Below the pieces are notes generated by a model. That model saw nothing but the letters and a program-made list of their open reading frames with translations. It did not search any database and had not been told where the DNA came from. From a virus (taxonomy: Duplodnaviria; Caudoviricetes): a DNA stretch of 57,295 nt. Shown here in pieces: positions 26,117 through 36,300 of the stretch (positions are counted from its first letter, which is position 1; the number at the start of each line of letters is the position of its first letter). The DNA lies in the IMG/VR virus record IMGVR_UViG_3300010158_000080, positions 1-57,295 of that record; one strand, given 5' to 3'. Made by a program: the position numbers and the translations under genes.

Positions 26117-26183
26117 ACTGGCTAAGGATAGCTTGCTATAGAGCGTATTGGCACTTGGCGGTGCTATTCTCTCCCCACCTTTG

Positions 26184-26213
26184 AGGCCCGGTTTCAACAC
26201 CGGGCCTTTTTTT
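26184..26213 (+). terminator. Rho-independent terminator at the convergence of early and late operons
   Basis: AGGCCCGGT-TTCAAC-ACCGGGCCT followed by a T-run. Confidence 0.8.
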
Positions 26214-26424
26214 AGAATTTGGCGGCGGCTGCCAGTTTGGCTTGCAGCGCTGCGTGTCCTGCATCATTCGCGGCCTGAATATCTGCAAGCGCCGCTTTGG
26301 CGGTGGCTTGATCTGCCGGATGCAGCGTAGCGACAGCCTCATGATAAAGCGCGATAAACTGCGGAGCTTGGGAAATGGTCGAGCCGACCACTTTCAAGAG
26401 ATTGAGAAGAAATGTGAGGTTCAT
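26212..26424 (-). CDS. Small lysis-cluster protein
   Basis: AAGGTG RBS; Ala-rich helical. Confidence 0.6.
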   Translation of the reverse strand: MNLTFLLNLLKVVGSTISQAPQFIALYHEAVATLHPADQATAKAALADIQAANDAGHAALQAKLAAAAKF

Positions 26425-26435
26425 GGTTGTCACCT

Positions 26436-26837
26436 TTATTTGATAGCTGCAAGAGCTTGGCTGATAGCCAATTTTGCCTGCGTAAGCGCCGCCGAGTACG
26501 TTGCGGCATTCCCGGCACTATATGCAGCACGAGCTGCGCTCAACGCGCCATATGCCCTGTTATCGAGGGTTGATGCGGTCGTAGCATTGCCACCTTTGAG
26601 CAGGCCCGCATCAACAGCCGTCTCAAGCGCTAATCGTTCAGCTTTGTACGCCAGTTCCAAGGCTGTCAGCGCATGTTCGTCAAGAACAGTACGATTGGCA
26701 ATTATCGCTGGAGCAGGGACGCCGACAGCATCCGCAGCGCTGGCCGCTGTGTTTGCAATATGGCTGGGGGTAAAAAGGGCGCATCCCCCCAAAGGAACGG
26801 ATGAGCAAAGCGCGATGGCGGCAATAATGCGTTTCAA
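26436..26837 (-). CDS. Lipoprotein, putative spanin component
   Basis: TTG start with AGGAG RBS; signal peptide KRIIAAIALCSSVPLGG-C lipobox. Confidence 0.65.
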   Translation of the reverse strand: MKRIIAAIALCSSVPLGGCALFTPSHIANTAASAADAVGVPAPAIIANRTVLDEHALTALELAYKAERLALETAVDAGLLKGGNATTASTLDNRAYGALSAARAAYSAGNAATYSAALTQAKLAISQALAAIK

Positions 26838-26847
26838 TGGACTTCTC

Positions 26848-27336
26848 CTATTTACCAGCCATGTGGATAGCAATTTTCTGGCTTGAATTAGCCATAGCTT
26901 TCACGGCATCGGGAACCTGCCCAGTCAAGGCCGCGACAATGGCATTATCGACAAGGGCGGTAACCGATGAATGCTTGGCATTCATACTCCACACGGCAGC
27001 GGCGACCGCAGCTATGGTGCTAAGGATAGTTCCTACCAATATCGAGACTTGAGACGTTACCGTGTCATTGGTGATGCCATATTTTGCCATGTAGCTGATG
27101 AGGGTTGTGGAAATGGTGCTGCCCAGAATCATAATCAGCGACCGGATTGCCGTGTCGATCACTGGGTTGCCGGTAAGAGATGTTGGAGTCGATGCTGGGG
27201 GGGGCTGACTGGTAAAATCTGTTATGGGCAAAGCGTTGTTTTGCGCACTTGCGGCAAGAGCGCTAGGCTGAATAACCTGTGCAATATCTGCTTGGGCAGC
27301 GGCAGGATCATCACCACTTGCAATAGTCTGGTCCAT
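26848..27336 (-). CDS. Putative holin (2 TM)
   Basis: AAGGAG RBS; two hydrophobic segments; WSMNAK after TM2. Confidence 0.55.
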   Translation of the reverse strand: MDQTIASGDDPAAAQADIAQVIQPSALAASAQNNALPITDFTSQPPPASTPTSLTGNPVIDTAIRSLIMILGSTISTTLISYMAKYGITNDTVTSQVSILVGTILSTIAAVAAAVWSMNAKHSSVTALVDNAIVAALTGQVPDAVKAMANSSQKIAIHMAGK

Positions 27337-27349
27337 TTCGTTTACTCCT

Positions 27350-27676
27350 TCAATCAGGCCCATCCAGCGGGCTGCGCGACTGATTTACACCTTCTTCGTG
27401 CCGCATGGCATCAAGAAGTTTGCGCGCCCGCTTTAACACATCAGCTTCCGGCGCGATCCTTTTAATTTCTTGCCAAAGCAATTCAATCACAGTTAATTGT
27501 TGATGATGACGAATTCGGCCTTCATTTTCACGATCTTCGCATTTTTTAAGCGCCTGTTTTGTGCGTTTGTTGGTAAGTTCCACCCTAGCCCACAAAAATG
27601 AAATTGCTGTGCCAAGTGCGCCAGCCACACCCACACCTGCACTGACGACGCTGCTAATTTCAGAAACTTCACTCAT
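27350..27676 (-). CDS. TM plus coiled-coil protein (holin/antiholin-like)
   Basis: N-terminal TM followed by a charged coiled coil. Confidence 0.55.
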   Translation of the reverse strand: MSEVSEISSVVSAGVGVAGALGTAISFLWARVELTNKRTKQALKKCEDRENEGRIRHHQQLTVIELLWQEIKRIAPEADVLKRARKLLDAMRHEEGVNQSRSPLDGPD

Positions 27677-27696
27677 AGAACCACGCCTCTAAAAAA

Positions 27697-30243
27697 TTAA
27701 ATGACACCGCTTTCAATCCGTATCCAAGCGCCAGCTATGGTAAACATGAAAATTGCTTGCTGGCCCGCAGCCAGAGTGGCAATAGCGCCAGCGCCACCAG
27801 ATCCCGGCTTGACCAGCACATTAAACGCCCCCGCATCAGCGCGGACCACTCTCACCAGATCACCAGGCAGGCGGTTGGCGTTGAGCAGCACCAGATCGCG
27901 CTGCGCCGTCAGATTGGTGACATATACCACCTTGTCGGGCATCCCCGTAGGGTAGCTATAAGTCGCGTCGGCAGGGTCATAATAGCCGAGCGAGATAATG
28001 CCATCATGCGGCGTTTGCGACTGGTAAACCCGGATGTTACCGATTTGAAAGGTGTCACGGACGCCAGCCGAAAAATCTAGCGGAGATGACTGCACAGCAA
28101 TCGACAGATTGCCGGTCGTGGCTCTGAAATTGACGGGGACAGTCACCGTGCGCCATGTCGAACCAAGTTTGATCGGCCTGCGGTCGCCGGCTGCATATGA
28201 ACTGTATCGGTCAAGGTCAAGTTGGACCAAAGACAGGGATCGGGATGTAGCGGCGCGGATTTCGATTTCGGCCCACAACGGAAAATTCGCGTCATAGCCC
28301 GAAACATTGCTGATATAGACGTTATCATATTTGCTAGACCCAACGAACTGCCGCGCCGTCATCATGCCTCGGGCATCCACGACGGTTGTGGACGAGCCGC
28401 CGCTTATAGCGGCCCCGATGCCCGAAGATGCCGCGAGAAGTCGGTATCCGCAATCTTTGGCACCAAGCAGCACCGTGCGGGTATTGTCTTGTGCTTCGGC
28501 GGCAAAATCCAAAGGCGTGACAAAGGTGATAATGTTGCAGAATGGCAGACCGCCCCCGCTGTCGTTGTTGAACGCGGGCGACACAGGCTCAATATACGGC
28601 ACAAAGGCATTGTTTGCGGAAAATAGGCCGGCAGTTTGCACCGCAGACCCATACTCCATGTAATAGGCCGGATAGGTGCCGGTGATAATGTTTGACGCAA
28701 AGAAATTGAATGCCACGCTGGTAACGTAAGAGCGAATAATGCCCGCAGACTCACCCGACGACCCCGCGATTGTGTTGCCCGAAATGTTGACCCCCATAAC
28801 GTAGCCATTGATGAGCGACGAAGAAGGCAATTGATCGACAGGATTTGTCGCACTGGTGTCTGGCAACGCAAAGAGAATGCGCGGCGTATTGCCCTCACCA
28901 TGGGCGGCGCGTTGCTCGTTGCCAAACTTGTTTTGCTCAATGACGCCGCCATAGCCACTGTTGTCGGACCCAGTGCGCGCAACGATCCAGATCGCAGCAA
29001 TCCGATTGGATGTGCCAGTCACATATGATCCGCTAAAGAAGCCGTTGCGCGACAGCCGGAAACTTCCGCTGACGCCGTTGACGCCGCCCAATTTCACATC
29101 AATTGCGTTTCCACCAAAAATGTTGTTTTGGCCGGTCACCTCATCGCAATATCCGCACCACGCGATGCCAAATGTTGCCCCGGTCCCACCTGCCCCCACG
29201 GTCCCAGTCGTCGGGGTGCCGTCGAAATTGCATTCCTCAACCTGTAAACCGGGGTGATCTGTAGAGTCTGAACCAATCGCAAACTTGGAATAGCCGACAA
29301 AATTGCACCGCTCAAAGATCGGTTTGGAGGCAGTCACAAGGCCGTTGGTGCTGTTCCAATAAATAAACGACCACCCGCCGATCACTTCTAGGTCGTGAAC
29401 ATAGGCGGATCGGGCGGCGTTGGCTGTAATGAAATGGCAAGCGCTTGTGATCGTCAGGCGTGTCTGGTCGCGCCCAATGCCGCAGACGTTGACCGGCGCG
29501 CTAGTGGTGCCGCCGTTGCTGTTGTCGTTCAGAAGCCCGGTGCCGGAATAAATGTAGCTACCCGCACCCAATTGCAGGTTCATAGATGGCAAGATAACGC
29601 CGCTTGGCCCATTGATCGGCGCAAGCCATGCCGCACCAAGCCGGCAATACTGCCACATATTTTCAATGCCGGTAGTGCTGTTCGTCACGCCATCAGGGAA
29701 TGCCCCAAACATATCGACAATCGGATCGACAACATTGATCGCCCATTTGTTGCCAGCGGCATCATAGAACCACCACTTGCCTTGCCCAATCGCGGGTAGC
29801 GCCGAAGGATTTGCAGACAGCGTGTATCGAGCGCTGCCAATGCCCTCAACCGAAAAGCCGGAAGTGATAACCGCAGTTGCGCCCGCAGGCATTGCGGTGC
29901 CGTTGAGACTTGTAAACAGGCCAACAAACGCAGCCGGCGCGCTCTCATATGCGCCAAAGACAGGATCAGCAGCCCAAACCTCAACCGGCGGCAACACCCC
30001 TTCTGGCGGATAGGTTTGAACAACCTTGTACGACTTGCCGGAAACAAGGAAAATATCAGGAAACGTCCCCGAATCATCCGCGACAACGGGGTTCGAGTTT
30101 GTCACGGTAAGCGCCACATCCGAATAGGTTGGCGCTCTCGTGCTGGTGCCGCTGACATAAAAATTCAGCAACGCGCCGGGAATGGGAGCGCCGCTGGGCG
30201 TGTAAGCATAGCCGTATGGGTTTCCGTAGCGCGAGCCAGTCAC
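27697..30243 (-). CDS. Tailspike / receptor-binding protein with beta-helix (depolymerase-like)
   Basis: N-terminal anchor (G.PIPGA...FYVSGT...NPVVAD..G), VDMFGA.PDGVT..T start of a pectate-lyase-like helix, G/N/S-rich repeats. GTG 30243 with GGAG RBS preferred over TTG 30255. Confidence 0.8.
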   Translation of the reverse strand: MTGSRYGNPYGYAYTPSGAPIPGALLNFYVSGTSTRAPTYSDVALTVTNSNPVVADDSGTFPDIFLVSGKSYKVVQTYPPEGVLPPVEVWAADPVFGAYESAPAAFVGLFTSLNGTAMPAGATAVITSGFSVEGIGSARYTLSANPSALPAIGQGKWWFYDAAGNKWAINVVDPIVDMFGAFPDGVTNSTTGIENMWQYCRLGAAWLAPINGPSGVILPSMNLQLGAGSYIYSGTGLLNDNSNGGTTSAPVNVCGIGRDQTRLTITSACHFITANAARSAYVHDLEVIGGWSFIYWNSTNGLVTASKPIFERCNFVGYSKFAIGSDSTDHPGLQVEECNFDGTPTTGTVGAGGTGATFGIAWCGYCDEVTGQNNIFGGNAIDVKLGGVNGVSGSFRLSRNGFFSGSYVTGTSNRIAAIWIVARTGSDNSGYGGVIEQNKFGNEQRAAHGEGNTPRILFALPDTSATNPVDQLPSSSLINGYVMGVNISGNTIAGSSGESAGIIRSYVTSVAFNFFASNIITGTYPAYYMEYGSAVQTAGLFSANNAFVPYIEPVSPAFNNDSGGGLPFCNIITFVTPLDFAAEAQDNTRTVLLGAKDCGYRLLAASSGIGAAISGGSSTTVVDARGMMTARQFVGSSKYDNVYISNVSGYDANFPLWAEIEIRAATSRSLSLVQLDLDRYSSYAAGDRRPIKLGSTWRTVTVPVNFRATTGNLSIAVQSSPLDFSAGVRDTFQIGNIRVYQSQTPHDGIISLGYYDPADATYSYPTGMPDKVVYVTNLTAQRDLVLLNANRLPGDLVRVVRADAGAFNVLVKPGSGGAGAIATLAAGQQAIFMFTIAGAWIRIESGVI

Positions 30244-30324
30244 GGCGTTCTCCAATCAATTTGGGGCGCGTGACTGGCGCTTTCAAACACTCTCTACCAC
30301 AGCAAAACGGAAATGAGAACGGCC

Positions 30325-33300
30325 CTATTGCTGTGCTTTCCTTTTGGCCATCGCGGCTTGATCTGCCCGAAACTTCTCGACCTGTTCAGGTGTAGCAATC
30401 CGCATAAAATCTCGAACTTGCTTTCCATTCATGCGGAACGACGGGTTTAGTGTCGTCCGAATAATGTAGGATTGCAAAGAAGGTGCGACTTTCAACTCGT
30501 TCATTTTTTGCCGCGCTCCAGCAACATCGCCTCGCTTTATCATTTTTCCAATTTCAGCTTTAGCCTCATCAAACCTAAACCGCTGCGATTCCTTGGCATT
30601 GTAAATGTCAGCCATGCCGGGACCGCCGGGTGCGCCGGGACTAATTGTTATGCCAGCCAAAGGTAGCATCGCGGCAAGTGCTGCGCTTTTCTTGTCTCCG
30701 GTGCCGTGGAAATAGTCGTTGACCGCATCGTATTGGCTCATCGGCAACGTACCAATTATTACATCGTAACCAAGCCTGCCTATCACAGCCCCATAGCCAT
30801 AAATCCCCTTGTCATCTGGCCCGATAATCTTGTGCCCAAACCCGCGATCATTAGCTGCAACCTCGTACATCAATTTACCCAAAAAGCTTAGTTTTCGCAG
30901 CATTATATCGCGTGGCTGCGTAACCCAGCCGATTTGATCCTCGTTCACTTTACCTGTTGGCAGCCGGCCATAGATCGCTGTGCCGTTTTCATCATAGCGA
31001 ATGAGGAATCTTCCTTCTTTTCCTTTTTCATTGTCGCTTGGAGCTTGGTAAATTTGACCGGCCAGCCATGCAGCAAGATGGGCCGCAAGCACCAAACTCA
31101 CTGTCGAAAATGCCGATTCTATCAGGAGCATACTTGCCGCTTTAAGACGGGTACGCCCTTGCGCTTTGTCCAGCATCAGGGGGCCAGCATCACGCAAAAT
31201 TTGTGCTTTCACATCCGACGGCAAACCGCCGATAACATCCTTTGCTGCGGCCATATTACCCAAAGTAAACGAACGCGAGAATAGCAGAAGGTTTGCTGTG
31301 GTCCGCGCCATTTGAGACATCGCCTCCATCGGCAATGCGCCCGCATAGCGGTTGGCAAAATGTGCCGCCTCTCGGCCAGCCGTTACCGGGTCGAGGCCAG
31401 CCTTAATTCCCTTCTCGCGCAAGTGAGCGTAAAGGCCTGCCTGCAAATCTGCAATACGATCCCACAAAAGCGTATTGTGCCAAACGTCGCCAAACTTGTC
31501 GATGGCGCGGCGCGTAGCCTCGCCAGCCGTGGGCGAAAACAAATCAACACCCTTGCCGAGAATTTGCGAGGTCCACGATTGACCGGCCTTTATCCCCTGC
31601 CCTTCCGCAGAAGCAATACCGGCAATGTCCTGATTGAAATAGCGACCCCCAATAGGGTCCATGCCATCTTTAATCGCTTGGCTCATCTGCGCGGGGTCAT
31701 TACGGACCTTGTTGCCGGCAAAATAGCGATAGAGCAACAGGACACCCAGTGGATCGGCTGGAATAGCTTTGCCCCAGATCACCGCGTTGTGCATCACCGG
31801 GTTATACATGATGATGCTCATCTGCTTGGCTTTAATGTCCATGATGGCGCGAACAATTCCGCTGCTCGGCCCGGTCAGCACAGCCTTCAATGGCCCTTCA
31901 AACTCTTTGCTGATCCACAAAGGCATCATATCGCCATTCTGATCGAGCGCTGGAACAACCTTGCCCGTCTCCGCGTCCTCAACAAATTTCACACCCCATG
32001 TTTGCAGTGCTGGCTCATCGGGCATCGTAAAGAACGACTGCGGGTTGCTCGTGGAACCTTCTTCCACCAGCACATCGCCGGTGTCTTTGCTCATAGTTTT
32101 GATATTTTCAACAAGGGTACGCCCCGCAATGGCTTGGTCGAGGCGCTGCGTCGCAACACCAAGTGTCCTAATATCGCGCACAACCTCTACGCCATTCCCA
32201 AAGGCGGCGCGGGCTGCGGCCTCCGTCTCCTCTACCGTTTCATATTTGCGCTGGCGAAGCTGGCCGGTTGTGGTCGAAATTTTGCCACCGCGCCTTTCCT
32301 GTTTCGAAGTGGTTTTGGAAATCACCTTTGGCCCACTGGCAGTCATTTCAATAATCATGCGCGGGACATAGGATTCCAGACCTTCACCCGTTACCATGCC
32401 TAAATCTTGGGCAGCCTTAAAACTGGCATCAGCTCGGCGCTGGAGTTCAAGAACGGTATCACGCTCTTTATCCGTCAAACGGTTTAGCCCTTCATTCGGT
32501 CCCGGCTGATCGCCTCGGCGTAAAATTACGCCCTGCTCGTCCGCAGCTTCCCACATCCGGCGGCGGGATTCCGCATCAAAGTTTTTGACCAGCCATTCGT
32601 CAAGCTTACCCCACTGATATGCAGCTAAGCGCTTGGCATTGGCAAAATCTTTGGCCACACCTTGCGCCCGGTCGGAACCCTCCGCAATAGGGTCAAGCCC
32701 CATCCGCACTTCATGCAAAGCGGTTTGCACTGGATCAGGCAGCGCCTTGCGGGCTGCCTCGGCTAGCTTATGCCCCACATTATCCACGCCACGGCCAAGG
32801 ATGTTGGTAATGATCCCGCCGGGACCGGTGCGAGGGGCTTCCTTGTCGTCGCGCTCCACGCGGCTCTGGCGGGCAAAACTGGCGTCCAAAGCCCCAGCCT
32901 CGGTCATGTCATTCATACGCGAGGCAATCTCCCCGCTCGACATGGCGCGCATTACGTCCTTTGCGGTGCGGAAACCGTTGCCGCGCAGCGCATTGCCGAT
33001 GGCCTCAAAGATAGCCTTGATCCGCTCCCACGCCTTTAGGAGTAGGCCGGCGGGCTGGCGCTCACCTGTTGCAAATCGAGCAAACAGATCGGACACCGCT
33101 TCCTCGACCTGATCTTCGCCAGACAATTCAAAATATCGCTTCTTGATGCTGGCCATCAACCGAGCATCTCCAGTCGCCACCCGCGACAGTGCGCGCCATT
33201 CCGCATCGGTGAAAGCACCCCGCATCGCATGGACAACTTCATGGTTCAAAGCGTGCATTGCGCTCGGCCCATCCATTGCAATGGTAATGACGTTGCGATG

Positions 33301-36300
33301 GAACTCGCCAGCCGGCCCGCCAAGGCTCTTTACGATCTTGAGCGCAACTTTGCCCTCCAAACCGACCTCGCGCAGCCGGTCGAGCATATCGGCATGAGAA
33401 GCAGAAAGTTGTTCGCTACCCGGTTCTGCAATGCTTTGCTTGGCATCACCTTCGGCCTGCGTCTCATCGCTTCGCTTCTCACCAGACAATTCGGTGATGA
33501 CCTGTTGCAGCTGCTCGCGCTTGGCTGCCAATTCATCAGTTTTTGGCCAAGGCTTTGCGACTTCCGCTTGAAGCCCTTCCTGCTCTTGCGCTGCCGCCTC
33601 AACCTTTCGTTGCTCGTATGCTGCCGCCGACCGAAACCGGATTGGGTCCATTTGCTCACGAATTTTATTGATAAGCGCTCGTGCTGTGGACGGCGTAAAG
33701 GCATCTGTCAGCGTATTGTATTGCGCCACCTCGCGCCCTTGAGCATCAAGAACCGAAATAGACGCACTGACTTTGCCGAAACTTTCACCCACATCAATCT
33801 CAGCGGGCATCCCATCAATGCTAACGCCGCTGATCGTAAATTCTTTTTTGCCTTTCGACTCTACCGCCTTTGCCCCAATGGCTTTGGCCAGATCATTGGT
33901 GTCAATAAATTGCTGGTCGCCAAGCGAACCCTCAAAATCTGGCGTTCCCAGCTTGTTTCGGATTGCATTATCCACACCATCGACAGAAGTAATTTTCTCG
34001 CCATCAATGTCGATTGAAAACCGCGCTTTTGGATCATTGGCGCGAAACTTGGCTATAATAGCCTGCGCGGCATCAGTTGCGGCCCGAACATCGTTGTAGG
34101 GCTTGCCATCGACCATAGCCATGCGCTGTGTGGAATTAGCTTGCACTCGCGCTTTTTGCGCCTCCAGCACATCCGCGAACTGGGCGTACATATCGGCGCG
34201 CTGCGGACCATTAGCCATTTGACGCACATTGCTGGCAATCTTGCTGCGCAGCGCGTTGATGCGATTATTGTAAGAGCGTTGTTGCAACTGCATTTTTTTA
34301 ATGTCGCCATCCAACTCGACGCGCTGAATCATTAGCGGATTGCCGGTCGCAAGTGCCGCCATTTCAGCCATGCCGACGCTTTCGGCATCATCAAATTCCA
34401 TAGTGTCCGCACCGTCATATTTACGGATGCCATTGATTGCCTTTAACTTTTTGGCATTCAAGTCCCACATCTTTGCATCTATGCTGCGCTCTGTCACATA
34501 AGCGATCACATCGACGGCAAATTTATCGTCGCCATATTTAGCCAGCAAAGAATTGCCTTGGCGAACAATACGTCCTTCGCGTTGCTCAATGTCAGATGGT
34601 TTCCAAGTCGTGTCGCCGTGGTGGAGCGCAACCAAGCGCTCTTGCACATTCGTACCAGCCCCCATGCGTTGCGTTGACCCAATAAGAACGCGCACTTCAC
34701 CACGGTTTACTTTACCAAACAGATCAGATTTTTGTTTATCGGTATTGGCCTCTTGCACATAAGCGACTTCGCTTTCGGGGATGCCCTGCGCCTTGAGTAG
34801 CTTTTTCAGTTCATCATAAGCATTCCACCCGCCGGCCTGCGCAACCCGCATTGCTTCAATTTCGTTCGGGTTGAATTTTTCCAAACCATCAAGAGCTTTA
34901 GCTTTTGCGTCCTCGTCGCCCTTGCTGACCGCGTCCATGAGCTTGCCATAGGCCGCATCATAGGCCGCAATTATTTTGTCATCGCCTTTCGATTTAGGGA
35001 CAGATCGGTCCAGAAAAATAATCTGGGTGCCTTTATCTGAGTTCCATTTCTTATATGTGGCTGCAACGCGGTCTGCAATTGTCGCCAGTTTGCTGCGCTC
35101 GTCCCCGACATCTATGGTTGGATCAACAGCGCGAGGATCGAGCGAGACTTTGCGCGCACGGTCCATAAGCTTCAACCGAGCAATGTTTCGAGCTTTGGGG
35201 TCCTTTTCAAATGGCAGCTCTTCGAACCCACGCACGACCTCTTCCAGAATGCGTTGCGTGGTCGGAGAAGGTGGAACAACCGCAACTTCACGGTCACGGC
35301 CATTGGCGCGTTGCGAATTGGTATCAGGCAATGGATATTTTTTGCCGGGGTTATCTTCGGCATAAGCTGCTTTAATGTCGTCATTCGTAACGGCATCAGC
35401 CACCGAGTACCACAAATCCATCAATGGGCGCATATTTGCCCAGTTGCGGCCAAGTCGATTGACCTCTTTGACGCCACCCGCCTCTGTTGGCTCCCACTCG
35501 GTTCCGGCGCTGACAAACATAGAGCGCCATGCGTCAAAATTCTCCAACCCCATTTCTTTCAATTCCTGCGGCACAAGGTTGCGCATAAGCAGGTACATTT
35601 CAGAAACAGAATTGCTAATTGGGGTGCCGGTCAGGAAAGCGATGGACGTATTGTGCCGTTCGCGGATTGCCCTCATTTTCAAGTGAAGGTCCATAGCCTT
35701 CTGCGAACCAGTCTTATTGCCCATCCCGCGAATATCTTGCAGGCGTGAGGAATAGGCGAGGTTCTTAAATTCGTGCGCCTCGTCTATTGTGAGGTCGTCA
35801 ATTCCCATTTGCTCAAACGATAGCAGGCGGTCGCGGTTGCCGCCACGTAAACGCGCCAACCGTTCCTCCAGCTTTTTAACCAGCCGTTCAGCCTCGGCCA
35901 CACCGAAAGGTTTGCGAAAACCAGACTGGCCAGCTTCTGCCGCAGCTTTTTCTGCTTCTATGACAGCAGCATGTGCCGATTGCAGTTCATCTTGGATGTA
36001 CCGTTCTTCGGTTGCCCGGTCGAGGTCAATAAAATTGAATGAGCTATGCCCAATAATCGCCATGTCAAAATCACTGGCTGCAATCCGGGCAAACAATCGC
36101 CGTCGGTTAGCGCGCTCAAAATCAGCTTTGCCCGCTGCCATAATCTTTGCGCCGGGGTAAAGCTTGATCGCGTCTTTTGCCCATTGCTCGACTAGATGAT
36201 TTGGCACCACTACAAGCGGCTTATTCGACATGCCCATGCGCCGCCGCTCCATAATGCGCGCAATGGCTGTAAAGGTTTTGCCAGCTCCCACAACATGGTC

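Noticed and set aside
33330-33704. Same-strand alternative-frame ORF in the giant gene
   Set aside because: R/S/K-rich frameshift-like composition, no SD, and the host frame there is an ordered coiled coil.
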